Positions 18,708 through 29,974 of a stretch of 64,000 nt of DNA are shown piece after piece. The DNA comes from an uncultured Pseudomonadota bacterium (GTDB taxonomy: Bacteria; Pseudomonadota; Alphaproteobacteria; Rs-D84; CACZYB01): assembly GCA_963541275.1 (NCBI GenBank), contig CAUTSC010000003.1, positions 29,972 to 93,971 on the forward strand. The letters are read 5' to 3'. Under the pieces are notes generated by a model. The model searched no databases. It was given only the letters and a program-made list of their open reading frames with translations, and had not been told where the DNA came from. Numbering within the stretch: position 1 is the first letter of the stretch; each line of letters starts with the position of its first letter. Position numbers and translations under genes: made by a program.

Positions 18708-21518
18708 ATGGATGAGATAAAGATTATTGGGGCAAGACAGCATAATTTGAAAAATATTTCTGTCTCTATTCCACGAAATAAATTGGTTGTTATCACTGGG
18801 GTTTCTGGCAGTGGTAAATCTTCGCTTGCGTTTGATACAATTTATGCAGAGGGGCAAAGGCGATATGTTGAAAGTTTGTCATCTTATGCAAGGCAGTTTA
18901 TGAATATACAAAAGAAACCTGATGTCGATTCAATTGATGGATTATCCCCTGCCATTGCAATAGAGCAAAAAGGGACAAATAAAAATCCTCGTTCTACGGT
19001 TGGTACCATTACAGAAATTTATGATTATATGCGTTTGTTGTGGGCGCGTGTTGGGATACCTTATTCTCCTGAAACTGGGCTTCCAATTGAAGCACAAACA
19101 ATTTCTGTTATGGTTGAAAAAATTTTAACTATTCCAACTGGTACAAAACTTTATTTGATTTCACCTGTGGTACGTGCAAAAAAAGGGACTCATAAAGATT
19201 TATTTTTGGATCTTCAAAAGCAAGGTTTTCAACGCGTAAGAGTGGATGGTGAATTTTATAATGACATAGATGAAGTGCCAGACCTTAATAAAAATCGCAA
19301 CCATACAATAGAAGTGATAGTTGACAGGATAATTGTAAGGGATGAAATAAAAGACAGGATAACAGATTCTGTTGAAACTGCATTAAAATTAAGTGATGGA
19401 ATAATGATTGCAGAAAATGCAGATACGAAAGAGCAGATTATTTTTTCTGAAAAATTTGCCTGTCCTGTTTCAAATTTTACTATTACAGATATTGAACCAA
19501 GACTTTTTTCGTTTAATAATCCAGCTGGGGCTTGTGAAGATTGTGCGGGACTTGGTTTTGAAATACAATATTCGCCGGCTTTGATTGTGCCAGATGAGAC
19601 TAAAACTATAAGGCGTGGTGCAATTGCCCCTTGGTCGCGTGATGATATGATAACGCAAAATCAACATCTTGTGGAATCTGTTTGTAAGTATTATAAAATA
19701 GATATGGATAAGGCTTGGTGTGATTTGCCACAAAAACAGCAAGATTTAATTTTATATGGAAATGGTGGTGAAATTATAAATATTGATTGGAATGGTTGGA
19801 TTGTTAAAAAAGCTTATGAGGGAGTTGTTGCCAATTTGCAAAGGCGTTGGCTTGAAACAGAAAGTGATTGGCAAAGGGGTGAGATTGAAAAATATCAACA
19901 ATATATCCCTTGTAAAAAATGTGGTGGCAAAAGGTTAAATGACAAGGCACTTTGTATAAAAATTGATGGTAGTGATATTATTGAAATCACAAAATTAAGT
20001 ATCAAAGATGCCTTTGTTTGGTTTAGTGGTTTATTACAAAAACTTTCCCCAAAAAACAAAGAAATTGGCAAACCTATATTAAAAGAAATTATTGACAGGT
20101 TATCATTTTTAAATGATGTGGGACTTGATTATTTAAGTTTAGAGAGAAGTAGTAATACCCTTTCAGGTGGAGAATCGCAAAGAATAAGGCTTGCTTCACA
20201 AATTGGAACTGGACTGACAGGGGTGTTATATGTTTTGGATGAGCCATCCATTGGACTTCATCAAAGGGACAATGATAAGTTATTGTTGACTTTAAAAAAA
20301 TTGCGAGACAAAGGAAATACAGTAATAGTGGTGGAACACGATAAAGATATAATGAATGAAGCAGATTATATAATAGACATAGGTGTTGGGGCAGGGATAA
20401 AGGGTGGCAATTTAGTTGCCTGTGGCACTCCACAACAGGTCATGCAAAACAAAGAAAGTTTGACAGGAAAATATTTAAGTGGAGAGATGGAAATTCCAGT
20501 TCCCAAAAAACGAAAAATTGGTACAGGGCAAAGTATAATAATAAAAGGTGCAGAACATAATAATTTAAAAAATATTGATGTTGAAATTCCGCTTGGCACT
20601 TTTACTTGTATAACCGGAGTATCTGGCAGTGGTAAATCGTCGCTGGTACTTGATACAATTTATCCACATATTATGAAAGAACTTTATCAATCAAAATTAT
20701 CAGTTGGTAAAATAAAAGCTATTTCTGGAACGGAAAATATTGATAAAGTTATAGATATAAATCAAAGCCCTATTGGCAGGACTCCCAGATCAAACCCAGC
20801 AACATATGTTGGAGTTTTTGATTATATAAGGGCTTGGTTTGCCGAAATGCCACTTGCAAAACAACGTGGTTATACGCAAAGGCGTTTTTCTTTTAATGTA
20901 AAAGGTGGCAGATGTGAAGCTTGTTGTGGAGATGGGGTTAAAAAAGTTTCAATGAATTTTTTGGCGGATGTTTATGTTGAATGTGATGTGTGTAAGGGTA
21001 AAAGATACAATGCCGAAACATTGGATGTAAAATACAAGGACAAAAATATTGCTGATGTTTTGGATATGAGTGTGGATGAAGCAATTTTATTTTTTGAAAA
21101 TGTGCCAAATGTAAAAAATAAATTATTGACTTTACATGATGTGGGGCTTGATTATATAAAACTTGGTCAATCATCAACAACTTTGTCTGGGGGTGAAGCG
21201 CAAAGGATTAAGTTGTCAAAAGAACTTTCAAAAAAATCAACTGGTAAAACTTTTTATATACTTGATGAACCAACAACTGGACTACATTTTAATGATGTGG
21301 CACAGCTTTTAAAAATACTGACTAAATTGGTGGAACAAAAAAATTCGGTACTTGTCATAGAGCATAATTTAGATGTGATAAAAACTGCAGATTATATAAT
21401 AGATCTTGGTCCCGAAGGTGGTGTTGCAGGTGGTAAAGTTATAGCAACTGGTACACCAGAAGAAATTGTAAAAAATGAAAACTCTTATACAGGAAAATAT
21501 TTAAAAGATTATTTATAA
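18708..21518 (+). CDS. uvrA: excinuclease ABC subunit A
   Basis: Two ABC modules (GVSGSGKSS twice, LSGGE twice) and Cys4 zinc modules; 936 aa. Confidence 0.97.
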   Translation: MDEIKIIGARQHNLKNISVSIPRNKLVVITGVSGSGKSSLAFDTIYAEGQRRYVESLSSYARQFMNIQKKPDVDSIDGLSPAIAIEQKGTNKNPRSTVGTITEIYDYMRLLWARVGIPYSPETGLPIEAQTISVMVEKILTIPTGTKLYLISPVVRAKKGTHKDLFLDLQKQGFQRVRVDGEFYNDIDEVPDLNKNRNHTIEVIVDRIIVRDEIKDRITDSVETALKLSDGIMIAENADTKEQIIFSEKFACPVSNFTITDIEPRLFSFNNPAGACEDCAGLGFEIQYSPALIVPDETKTIRRGAIAPWSRDDMITQNQHLVESVCKYYKIDMDKAWCDLPQKQQDLILYGNGGEIINIDWNGWIVKKAYEGVVANLQRRWLETESDWQRGEIEKYQQYIPCKKCGGKRLNDKALCIKIDGSDIIEITKLSIKDAFVWFSGLLQKLSPKNKEIGKPILKEIIDRLSFLNDVGLDYLSLERSSNTLSGGESQRIRLASQIGTGLTGVLYVLDEPSIGLHQRDNDKLLLTLKKLRDKGNTVIVVEHDKDIMNEADYIIDIGVGAGIKGGNLVACGTPQQVMQNKESLTGKYLSGEMEIPVPKKRKIGTGQSIIIKGAEHNNLKNIDVEIPLGTFTCITGVSGSGKSSLVLDTIYPHIMKELYQSKLSVGKIKAISGTENIDKVIDINQSPIGRTPRSNPATYVGVFDYIRAWFAEMPLAKQRGYTQRRFSFNVKGGRCEACCGDGVKKVSMNFLADVYVECDVCKGKRYNAETLDVKYKDKNIADVLDMSVDEAILFFENVPNVKNKLLTLHDVGLDYIKLGQSSTTLSGGEAQRIKLSKELSKKSTGKTFYILDEPTTGLHFNDVAQLLKILTKLVEQKNSVLVIEHNLDVIKTADYIIDLGPEGGVAGGKVIATGTPEEIVKNENSYTGKYLKDYL

Positions 21519-21588
21519 TTATGACAAAAATTTTGTTATTGTAATTTTTATTTATATATTTTATCTTTGTTTGAAGTTATAAGAGGTA

Positions 21589-22278
21589 GTGATGAAAAAA
21601 TATTTATTGGCACTTGATAATGATGGAACTTTAAGTGATACAAAACAATTTTTTACAGATGTAAATATTGAACTTGCTAATAATTTAGGACTTTTCTTGA
21701 CAAAGACAGATGCGGGAGATTTATATTCTCTATGGGATAAAAAATATTTGGGTTGGGGTAAAGATTTAGAAGAGCAAAAAGTTATTTATAAACAGATTTT
21801 TGTTCCAAAAACTTTTGAAATGATACATCAACAAAAATATTTGGGTAAAGTGGAATTTTTTCCAGGTATAGAAAAAGTTTTGGATGAACTTTATCAAATG
21901 GGTATTAAATTATCTGTTGTGACTTCATCAACAGGACTTAGAGCGAAAGATATTTTACTTAGAAAAAAGTTGTTAGATAAATTTAAGGGTGGAATTGTTT
22001 CTGTGGTGGATAATAAATTCAAGGATAAACCATCAACAGAAGCTTTACAGCTTTTGAGCGATAAAAATGATGTTAGCCCGGAAAATATTATAATGGTGGA
22101 TGATACTGTAAGTGGTGTTATGATGGGTAAAAATTTTGGAGCTAAGACCATAGGTGTTGGTTATGGTTATAATGATGTTCAAGATGTGATAAAGGCAAAG
22201 CCAGATGAGTATATAGAAAAAGTTTCAGACATAAAAAATTTGCCATATATAGTGGAAAAGTTAGTAAAAAGCAGATAA
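21589..22278 (+). CDS. HAD-superfamily hydrolase (phosphoglycolate phosphatase-like)
   Basis: LALDNDGTL (DxDGT nucleophile motif), VVTSS and VDDT motifs. The start is a GTG at 21589 or an ATG at 21592. Confidence 0.7.
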   Translation: MMKKYLLALDNDGTLSDTKQFFTDVNIELANNLGLFLTKTDAGDLYSLWDKKYLGWGKDLEEQKVIYKQIFVPKTFEMIHQQKYLGKVEFFPGIEKVLDELYQMGIKLSVVTSSTGLRAKDILLRKKLLDKFKGGIVSVVDNKFKDKPSTEALQLLSDKNDVSPENIIMVDDTVSGVMMGKNFGAKTIGVGYGYNDVQDVIKAKPDEYIEKVSDIKNLPYIVEKLVKSR

Positions 22279-22368
22279 CAGAAACATCAAAAAAATACTT
22301 GAATTTTTAAGCAAGTAAGGTAAAATCCAAGAACTTTTAAAATTGTTGTTTAGACAATAAAAGGTTAT

Positions 22369-22444
22369 AGGGGTATAGCTCAGCTGGTAGAGCACTGGTC
22401 TCCAAAACCAGGTGCCGAGGGTTCAAATCCTTCTGCCCCTGCCA
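22369..22444 (+). tRNA. tRNA-Trp (anticodon CCA)
   Basis: Acceptor AGGGGTA/TGCCCCT, anticodon arm CTGGT-CTCCAAA-ACCAG, T arm GAGGG-TTCAAAT-CCTTC, and an encoded CCA. It is in the classical position upstream of secE-nusG. Confidence 0.92.
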
Positions 22445-22546
22445 AGTTTAATTTTTATTTATAATTTTGTTGAAACGTGGTATTTTACATAGTATATTAA
22501 ATCATGCTTTGTAGAATCGATTTTTTATACTAGAAAAAGGTGCAGA

Positions 22547-22735
22547 ATGTTTGAAAAAGTTTCCAAATTTATGAGCGAGGTAAAACAGGAAGGTTTGAAA
22601 GTTGTTTGGCCTTCAAAAAAAGAGACTATTTCAACAACAATAATGATAATTGTTGTTTCAATTCTTGTGTCTTTGATGTTTTTTTTAGTAGATAGATTTT
22701 TTATGTGGCTTGTAAGTTTTGTTTTAAAAATATAG
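22547..22735 (+). CDS. secE: preprotein translocase subunit SecE
   Basis: A 62-aa single-TM protein (EVKQEGLKVVWPSKKET) immediately upstream of nusG. Confidence 0.85.
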   Translation: MFEKVSKFMSEVKQEGLKVVWPSKKETISTTIMIIVVSILVSLMFFLVDRFFMWLVSFVLKI

Positions 22736-22744
22736 GAAAAGTTT

Positions 22745-23317
22745 ATGACAAATGCTGTGGCAGATACAAATATAGAAGTGGCAAAACCTGTGTCAAGGTG
22801 GTATGTGGCTTATGTTCATTCTGGTTGTGAAAAAGCGGTTTTAACAAGACTGGAAGAAAAGATTAAAAAATTTAATCAAGAAGAAATGTTTGAGGAAATT
22901 TTAATTCCAACTCAGGAAGTAACAGAAATAAAACAAGGTAAAAAAGTTAAAACAGAAAAGAAATTTTTCCCTGGATATTTACTTATTAAAATGATTATGA
23001 ATAACGAAACTTGGCATATGGTTCGTGATATTCCGCTTGTTTCTGGGTTTTTGGGTACTAAATCAAAGGCTCTTCCTATTACAGAAAAAGAGGCAAAAGA
23101 GCTTATACACAGACTTGAAAATAAAGATGAAGAATTTGTATCTGATTCAACTTATGAAATAGGGGATAAGGTTAAAATTACTGATGGACCTTTTGCTTCG
23201 TTTAATGGTTTGGTTGAAAAGGTTGATGCAGAAAAAAATAGGGTTTCAGTTTCTGTTTCCATTTTTGGTCGTCCAACCCTTGTTGAATTGGAATATATAC
23301 AGGTTGAAAAACTATAA
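22745..23317 (+). CDS. nusG: transcription termination/antitermination factor NusG
   Basis: NGN domain (WYVAYVHSGCEKAV) and KOW domain (GDKVKITDGPFASFNGLVEKV). Confidence 0.95.
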   Translation: MTNAVADTNIEVAKPVSRWYVAYVHSGCEKAVLTRLEEKIKKFNQEEMFEEILIPTQEVTEIKQGKKVKTEKKFFPGYLLIKMIMNNETWHMVRDIPLVSGFLGTKSKALPITEKEAKELIHRLENKDEEFVSDSTYEIGDKVKITDGPFASFNGLVEKVDAEKNRVSVSVSIFGRPTLVELEYIQVEKL

Positions 23318-23416
23318 AAATTTTGCCCTAGTTGTTAGGGTGATTTTGGTGTAGTAGGAGATTATTTACTGGGATCGTACTACTATTTATAATAACTTTA
23401 AACTTGGGAGTTTAAA

Positions 23417-23857
23417 ATGGCTGGTAAAAAAGAGATTGCAAAATATGTAAAATTGCAAATTGGTGCTGGCAATGCAAGTCCATCTCCACCTGTGGGTCCT
23501 GCTTTGGGACAAGCTGGTGTTAATATAATGGAATTTTGTAAAGCCTTTAATGCAAAAACTGCTGATTTGGAAAAGGGTAATCCTTGTCCTGTTATTATCA
23601 CGGTTTATAAAGACAAATCATTTGATTTTGTTGTAAAATTGCCACCTGTAAGTTTTTTGATTAAAAAAACTGCTGGTATTAAATCTGGTGGTAAGACACC
23701 GGGAAAAGGTGCGAATGTTGGAAAGCTTACTAAATCACAAATACGTGCAATTGCAGAAAGTAAGATGAAAGATTTAAATTGTTATGATGTTGAAGCGGCA
23801 ATGACTATGGTGGAAGGTCAATGTAAATCAATGTCAGTAGAAGTGGTGGAGGGTTAA
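23417..23857 (+). CDS. rplK: 50S ribosomal protein L11
   Basis: [34 protein letters not shown]. Confidence 0.97.
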   Translation: MAGKKEIAKYVKLQIGAGNASPSPPVGPALGQAGVNIMEFCKAFNAKTADLEKGNPCPVIITVYKDKSFDFVVKLPPVSFLIKKTAGIKSGGKTPGKGANVGKLTKSQIRAIAESKMKDLNCYDVEAAMTMVEGQCKSMSVEVVEG

Positions 23858-23861
23858 GATT

Positions 23862-24554
23862 ATGTTTATTTCAAAAAGAATGAAAAAAGTAAAAGATGGA
23901 TTTGATCCTTTGAAACTTCATACTATTGCAGATGCGATTGATTTTATAATTGCAAGGTCGTTTGTAAAATTTGATGAAACACTTGAAATTGCAATGAATT
24001 TAGGGATAGACACAAAACAATCAGATCAAAATATAAGAGGTATGGTTTCTTTGCCACATGGTACAGGAAAAAAATGTGTTGTTGCTGTTTTTGCCAAAGC
24101 TGATAAAGCAAAAGAAGCAAAGGATGCAGGTGCAGATATAGTTGGAGATGATGATTTGGTTGCGGAAATATTAAAAGGTAATATAAATTTTGACAGATGT
24201 ATTGCAACACCTGATATGATGGCAACACTTGGTAAGGTTGCAAAAGTGCTTGGGCCAAAAGGTTTGATGCCTAATCCAAAACTTGGAACCGTGACTCCAG
24301 ATGTAAAAGGTGCGGTTGCGCGTGCAAAGGCAGGTCAAGTTGAATATAGAGCTGAAAAAAGTGGTGTAGTTCATGCTGGTGTTGGTAAGATATCGTTTGG
24401 ACGTGAAAAGTTAGAAGAAAATGTAAGGGCTTTTATTGATGTGATTATTAAGGCAAAGCCGGCAACATCAAAGGGAACTTATGTTAAAGGTGTAAGTTTA
24501 TCCTCTACACAAGGGGTTGGACTTAAAATAGATTTGGCTGATTTGAAAAAATAG
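23862..24554 (+). CDS. rplA: 50S ribosomal protein L1
   Basis: RGMVSLPHGTGK and LGPKGLMPNPKLGTVT. Confidence 0.97.
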   Translation: MFISKRMKKVKDGFDPLKLHTIADAIDFIIARSFVKFDETLEIAMNLGIDTKQSDQNIRGMVSLPHGTGKKCVVAVFAKADKAKEAKDAGADIVGDDDLVAEILKGNINFDRCIATPDMMATLGKVAKVLGPKGLMPNPKLGTVTPDVKGAVARAKAGQVEYRAEKSGVVHAGVGKISFGREKLEENVRAFIDVIIKAKPATSKGTYVKGVSLSSTQGVGLKIDLADLKK

Positions 24555-24741
24555 TCAGCCGCAAAAATACTTGTCCGAGACAGTAGGAGTGGCAACATTT
24601 AAACTTTGTTTTTTTATAAAAAATAAAATCCTACCAAGACGAGAGAAAATTTTAAAATTTTATCTTGGGGCAAGAGGGCGGTTTTAAAGATAAAAATTAT
24701 TTTTAGAACTTTGGTTAACAAGATAAAAGAAAGGTTTGTAA
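24555..24741 (+). promoter_or_regulatory. possible L10 (rplJ) autoregulatory leader region
   Basis: A 187-nt untranslated gap before rplJ with GC-richer segments (cagccgc...ccgagacagtaggagtggc...ggggcaagagggcgg). This is where L10-leader elements occur in many bacteria. No structure was verified. Confidence 0.25.
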
Positions 24742-25221
24742 ATGAATAAAAGTGATAAAAAAACTTGGGTTAGCGAACTGAATGCTCTTTTAAAATCTTC
24801 TGGTGCTATGACTGTTGCAAATTTCAATGGCTTGACGGTTGCTGAAATCACAGAATTGCGCAGAAAAGCAAAAGAACAGAATGTTTCAATCAAAATCACA
24901 CAGAACAGACTTACAAAAATCGCACTAGAAGATACCAACTTTAAGGGACTTGCTTCTTTATTTGTTGGACCTACTCTTGTGTCTTATTCAGAAGATCCAG
25001 TGTCATCTGCAAAAGTTATTTATAATTTTGCAAAAACCAATAATAAACTGGAAATTTTGGGTGGCGCAATGGGAAGCGAGATTTTGGATGTAGAGGGTGT
25101 TAAGGGTGTTGCTCTTCTTCCTACTCTTGATGAAGCTCGTGCAAAGATTTGTGCTGTTCTTACAACTCCTGCTGGCAATTTGGCAAGAGTGTTTAAAGCA
25201 TATAGTGAAAAAGTGGCATAA
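24742..25221 (+). CDS. rplJ: 50S ribosomal protein L10
   Basis: Position between rplA and rplL; L10-like sequence (VANFNGLTVAEITELRRK). Confidence 0.95.
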   Translation: MNKSDKKTWVSELNALLKSSGAMTVANFNGLTVAEITELRRKAKEQNVSIKITQNRLTKIALEDTNFKGLASLFVGPTLVSYSEDPVSSAKVIYNFAKTNNKLEILGGAMGSEILDVEGVKGVALLPTLDEARAKICAVLTTPAGNLARVFKAYSEKVA

Positions 25222-25257
25222 TGCCAAAAGTTAACAATTAAAAAAAAGGATAAAAAA

Positions 25258-25629
25258 ATGGCTGATATACAAAAATTAGTAGATGAACTTTCAAAACTTA
25301 CAGTTATGGAAGCAAGTGAACTTTCAAAAAAACTAGAAGAAACTTGGGGAGTTTCTGCGGCTGCTCCTGTAGTTATGGCTGCTGGTGGTGCTGGTGGTAG
25401 TGAAGCTGCTGCTGAAAAATCTGAGTTTGATGTTGTTCTTGCTTCTGCTGGTGCAAACAAAATTGCAGTGATCAAAGAAGTAAGAGAAATTACAGGGCTT
25501 GGTCTTAAAGATGCAAAAGATTTAGTTGATGGTGCTCCAAAAACACTTAAAGAAGGTGTTGCAAAGGCAGCAGCAGAAGAAATGAAAGCTAAATTAGAAG
25601 CAGCTGGTGCAACAATAGAACTTAAATAG
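25258..25629 (+). CDS. rplL: 50S ribosomal protein L7/L12
   Basis: Ala-rich hinge followed by [28 protein letters not shown]. Confidence 0.97.
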   Translation: MADIQKLVDELSKLTVMEASELSKKLEETWGVSAAAPVVMAAGGAGGSEAAAEKSEFDVVLASAGANKIAVIKEVREITGLGLKDAKDLVDGAPKTLKEGVAKAAAEEMKAKLEAAGATIELK

Positions 25630-25647
25630 TTTTATTACATTGTTGGT

Positions 25648-25686
25648 GGAAAGGGAATTTATTATTTTGCCCCTTTCCCTTTTATT
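25648..25686 (+). terminator. rplL-rpoB intergenic attenuator/terminator hairpin
   Basis: GGAAAGGG-N15-CCCTTTCC followed by cttttatt, in the classical rplL-rpoB attenuator position. Confidence 0.55.
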
Positions 25687-25790
25687 AAGATTTAATAATT
25701 GTTCTATTATAAAATAAAAAAATAAAGTTAACATAACTTTAAAAAGATGATAAACTTTTAAGGTTAGCAAAAACAAAAAAGGGTAAAAAT

Positions 25791-28700
25791 ATGTTTAATG
25801 CTTATAAAAGAATCAGAAAAGATTTCAGTAAAATCAAATCAGTTTTAGAACTTCCAAATCTTATAAAAATACAAGAAGACTCGTATAACGAATTTTTGCA
25901 AATGGATGTAAAACCAGAAGACAGAAAAAATGCTGGTATGCAATCTGTATTTAAATCTGTTTTCCCAATACAAGATTATTCTGGGTATGCAGATCTTGAT
26001 TTTGTAAAATATGATTTTGATGAACCAAAATATGATGCAGAGGAATGTCAAAGGCGTGGATTTACTTTTGCTGCACCCTTAAGAGTTGTTTTAAGACTTG
26101 TTTTATGGGACAGGGAAGATGATGGAAAAAAATCTATTAAAGATGTAAAAGAACAAGAAATTTATATGGGTGAAGTTCCACTTATGACAGATAAAGGAAC
26201 TTTGATTTTTAATGGAGTTGAAAGAGTTTTTGTTTCTCAACTTCAAAGATCTGCTGGTGTGTTTTTTACTCATGATTATGGTGAAAATCATCCAAGCGGT
26301 AAGATTTTATATAGTGGAAAAATTATTCCAGCAAGAGGTTATTGGATAGATTTTGAATTTGATGCAAAAGATATTTTATACGCAAGAATTGATAAAAAAA
26401 GAAAATTTCCTGTAACAACATTTTTGCTTGCTTGTTATAATAATGAAACACTTGAAAAGATAAAAGCAGCAACTGCAAATGGTGAAAGTGTTGATGCAAT
26501 TGAAAAAGAAGGTTTAACATCAAATGAAATTTTAAAATTATTTTATAAGGAACAAATTCTTACAAAATATAAAGATGGTTGGAAAACAGAATTTAATCCA
26601 GATTTAATTGTTAAACCATTTAAACTTAATTATGATCTTGTTGATGCAAAAACTGGTGAAGTTGTTTTTGAAATGGGTAAAAAAATTACACCACGTTCTG
26701 CAAAAAAACTTTATGAAGATGGTTTAAAAGAAATATATATAAGTGATGAAAAAATTGTTGATGCAGAGCTTTATATTTCTGATGATTTAATTGATGAAGA
26801 TACATTTGAAGTTATTGCCGAGGCAGGTGCAGAAATAAATCAAGAACTTATTGATAAAATACATCTTGCAAAAATAGATGAGTTTGGAATTTTATTTATT
26901 GATAATGTAAGTGTTAGTGCACACATAAGAAATACTTTGGTTGTTGATAAAAATAAAACAAGACAAGAAGCTTTGTTTGATATTTATACAATAATGAGAC
27001 CAGGTGATTTACCAACAATTTCTGCTGCAGAAAATATGTTCTACAGAATGTTTTTTGATAAAGAAATGTATGATTTATCAGAAGTTGGAAGATATAAAAT
27101 GAATCTTAGATTTGGTATAGATTCAAATGAAGTGCCAGAAACTTACACTCTTTTAAGACAAGAAGATTTAATAAAATCAATACAAACTATGGCAGATTTA
27201 AAAGATGGAAAAGGTGATATTGATGATATTGATAATTTATCAAACAGAAGAGTAAGATCAGTTGGGGAGCTTATTGAAAATCAATATAGAATTGGTATTG
27301 TAAGGATGATGCGTGGTATAAAAGAAAAGATGTCAACACTGGAACTTGACACAGTTATGCCACAAGATTTAGTTAATGCAAGACCGGTTCTTGCTGCGAT
27401 AAAAGAATTTTTGGGTTCATCACAACTTTCACAATTTATGGATCAAACAAATCCACTTTCCGAAGTAACACATAAAAGAAGAATTTCAGCTCTTGGTCCT
27501 GGTGGTCTTATAAGAGAAAGAGCAGGATTTGAAGTGCGAGATGTGCATCCAACTCATTATGGACGAATTTGTCCTATTGAAACACCGGAAGGTCAAAATA
27601 TTGGGCTTATAAACTCTCTTGCAACTTATGCAACAATTGATAAATATGGTTTCATACAAACACCATATAGAAAAGTTGAAAATGGTAAAGTTTTGGATGA
27701 TGTTGTTTTCATAACTGCAATGGAAGAAAATAAATATGTGATCGCGCAAGCAAACAGCCCACTTACAGAAAATGGTGAGTTTGTAGAAGAGTTTGTAAAT
27801 TGCAGACAAAATGGTGAATTTGTGATACTTCCAGCTAGTGAAATTTCACTTATGGACGTTGCTCCAAAACAACTTGTATCTGTTACAACATCGCTTATTC
27901 CTTTCCTTGAAAATGATGATGCTAATCGTGCTCTTATGGGTTCGAACCAGCAAAGACAGGCAGTTCCATTGGTTGTTGCGGATGCTCCATTTGTTGGAAC
28001 AGGTATGGAAAGACGAGTTGCAACAGATTCAAAGGCAGTGATAGTTGCGAAAAATGATGGAACAATTATTCAAGTTGATGCGACAAGAATTGTTGTTCAA
28101 ACAACAAAAAAAACTAAATCTGCAACAGGTGTTGACATTTATAAACTTCAAAATTATGTAAGATCAAATCAAGATACTTGTATCAATCAAAAACCAATAG
28201 TTAATGTTGGTGATAAGGTGGTGGCTGGTGATGTTCTTGCTGATGGACCATGTACAGATTTGGGAGAGTTGGCTCTTGGACGTAATGTTAAAGTTGCATT
28301 TTTGCCATGGCAAGGTTATAACTATGAAGACTCTATTGTTATAAGTGAAAGAATTGTGAAAGATGATGTTTTCACATCGGTTCATATTTCTGAGTTTGAA
28401 GTTATGGCACGTGATACAAAACTTGGGCCAGAGGAAATAACAAGGGATATTCCAAATATAAGTGCAGAATCTGTAAAAAATCTTGATGAAACAGGTATTA
28501 TTCATATAGGAGCTCATGTAAAAGCAGGTGATATTTTAGTTGGTAAGGTAACTCCAAAGGGTGAAACATTATTAACACCTGAACAAAAACTTCTTAATGC
28601 TGTGTTTGGTGAAAAGGCAAATGATGTAAAAGATTCATCTCTTCGTGTTCCACCTGGTACAGAGGGAACAATTATAGATGTAAGGATGTTCCATAGACGT

Positions 28701-29960
28701 GGAATTGAGAAAGATGATCGTGCCCTTGCGATTGAAAATATGGAAATTGCAAACCTTACAAAGGAAGTTGCAGAAGAAAGAAAAATCATTGAAAACGGAT
28801 TTAATGAAAAATTAAAAATGTTTTTAGATGGTAAAGTTGTTATTGAAGCACCAAAAGAAATTGCAAAAAAAGGTGATAAATTAACAATTGCTGCAATGGA
28901 AAATATGCCAAGTGCAAAACTTTTGAAAATCAAACTTGAAAATGAAAAATCTCAGGAAGAATTTGAAAATATAGCAAAAGAGTTTGATGAAGTGATAAAA
29001 GCTTTTGAAGAAAAATTTGAGGCTAAAGTTGAAAAAATAAAACAAGGTAATGATTTGTTGCCTGGTGTTTTAAAAGTTGTGAAAGTCTTTGTTGCTATAA
29101 AAAGAAAGTTGCAAGTTGGTGATAAGATGACTGGACGACATGGAAACAAAGGTATTGTTTGTAAGGTTGTCCCAATAGAGGATATGCCATATGAAGCAGA
29201 TGGAACTCCGGTTGATATAGTGTTAAATCCACTTGGTGTGCCATCTCGTATGAATGTTGGTCAGATTCTTGAAACACATCTTGGATGGGCTGCAAAAGGT
29301 CTTGGTAAAAAAATTGGCAAGATGATGGAAGATTTGTATGACAAACGAATTGACGTGCAAGCTGTAAAAGATGAACTTTTAAAAATTTATGGTAAGCAAA
29401 CTTTTGATAAAGAATTTGCTGGTATGAGTGATGCAGAAATAAAAGCTTATGCAAATTCAATCACAGATGGTGTTCGTATGGCAACTCCTGTGTTCGATGG
29501 TGCAAAAGAATCTGATATCACCAATTTATTAACAGAAGCTGGGCTTTCAAGTTCTGGTCAAGTAGATCTTTATAACGGAGAAACAGGTGAAAAATTTGAT
29601 TTGCCAGTTACTGTTGGTTATATGTACTTTTTAAAACTTCATCACTTGGTTGATGAAAAAATACATGCAAGATCTGTTGGTCCATATTCGTTGGTTACAC
29701 AGCAACCTCTTGGTGGTAAGGCACAATTTGGAGGACAAAGATTTGGTGAAATGGAAGTGTGGACACTTGAAGCGTATGGCGCAGCATACATATTACAAGA
29801 AATGTTAACAATTAAATCCGATGATGTCAGCGGTAGAACAAAAGTTTATGAGTCGATAGTTCGTGGGGACAATGACTTTGAATATGGTGTTCCAGAAAGC
29901 TTTAATGTTCTTGTAAAAGAAATAAAATCACTTGGTCTTAACCTTGAAATGAAACAATAA
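25791..29960 (+). CDS. rpoB: DNA-directed RNA polymerase subunit beta
   Basis: A 1389-aa protein with conserved blocks such as GRHGNKGIV and [13 protein letters not shown]. Confidence 0.99.
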   Translation: MFNAYKRIRKDFSKIKSVLELPNLIKIQEDSYNEFLQMDVKPEDRKNAGMQSVFKSVFPIQDYSGYADLDFVKYDFDEPKYDAEECQRRGFTFAAPLRVVLRLVLWDREDDGKKSIKDVKEQEIYMGEVPLMTDKGTLIFNGVERVFVSQLQRSAGVFFTHDYGENHPSGKILYSGKIIPARGYWIDFEFDAKDILYARIDKKRKFPVTTFLLACYNNETLEKIKAATANGESVDAIEKEGLTSNEILKLFYKEQILTKYKDGWKTEFNPDLIVKPFKLNYDLVDAKTGEVVFEMGKKITPRSAKKLYEDGLKEIYISDEKIVDAELYISDDLIDEDTFEVIAEAGAEINQELIDKIHLAKIDEFGILFIDNVSVSAHIRNTLVVDKNKTRQEALFDIYTIMRPGDLPTISAAENMFYRMFFDKEMYDLSEVGRYKMNLRFGIDSNEVPETYTLLRQEDLIKSIQTMADLKDGKGDIDDIDNLSNRRVRSVGELIENQYRIGIVRMMRGIKEKMSTLELDTVMPQDLVNARPVLAAIKEFLGSSQLSQFMDQTNPLSEVTHKRRISALGPGGLIRERAGFEVRDVHPTHYGRICPIETPEGQNIGLINSLATYATIDKYGFIQTPYRKVENGKVLDDVVFITAMEENKYVIAQANSPLTENGEFVEEFVNCRQNGEFVILPASEISLMDVAPKQLVSVTTSLIPFLENDDANRALMGSNQQRQAVPLVVADAPFVGTGMERRVATDSKAVIVAKNDGTIIQVDATRIVVQTTKKTKSATGVDIYKLQNYVRSNQDTCINQKPIVNVGDKVVAGDVLADGPCTDLGELALGRNVKVAFLPWQGYNYEDSIVISERIVKDDVFTSVHISEFEVMARDTKLGPEEITRDIPNISAESVKNLDETGIIHIGAHVKAGDILVGKVTPKGETLLTPEQKLLNAVFGEKANDVKDSSLRVPPGTEGTIIDVRMFHRRGIEKDDRALAIENMEIANLTKEVAEERKIIENGFNEKLKMFLDGKVVIEAPKEIAKKGDKLTIAAMENMPSAKLLKIKLENEKSQEEFENIAKEFDEVIKAFEEKFEAKVEKIKQGNDLLPGVLKVVKVFVAIKRKLQVGDKMTGRHGNKGIVCKVVPIEDMPYEADGTPVDIVLNPLGVPSRMNVGQILETHLGWAAKGLGKKIGKMMEDLYDKRIDVQAVKDELLKIYGKQTFDKEFAGMSDAEIKAYANSITDGVRMATPVFDGAKESDITNLLTEAGLSSSGQVDLYNGETGEKFDLPVTVGYMYFLKLHHLVDEKIHARSVGPYSLVTQQPLGGKAQFGGQRFGEMEVWTLEAYGAAYILQEMLTIKSDDVSGRTKVYESIVRGDNDFEYGVPESFNVLVKEIKSLGLNLEMKQ

Positions 29961-29974
29961 AACGGAGAAAAAAG

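Noticed and set aside
25020-25475. A 151-aa antisense ORF spanning the rplJ-rplL junction.
   Set aside because: It lies opposite two unmistakable ribosomal protein genes. Its Ala/Ser-rich product is an artefact of the GCN-rich L7/L12 hinge.
28514-28933. Multiple 60-140 aa antisense or off-frame ORFs inside rpoB, rpoC, uvrA, lepA, dnaK, eno and others.
   Set aside because: They are embedded in strongly supported long conserved genes. They are typical spurious ORFs of AT-rich DNA.
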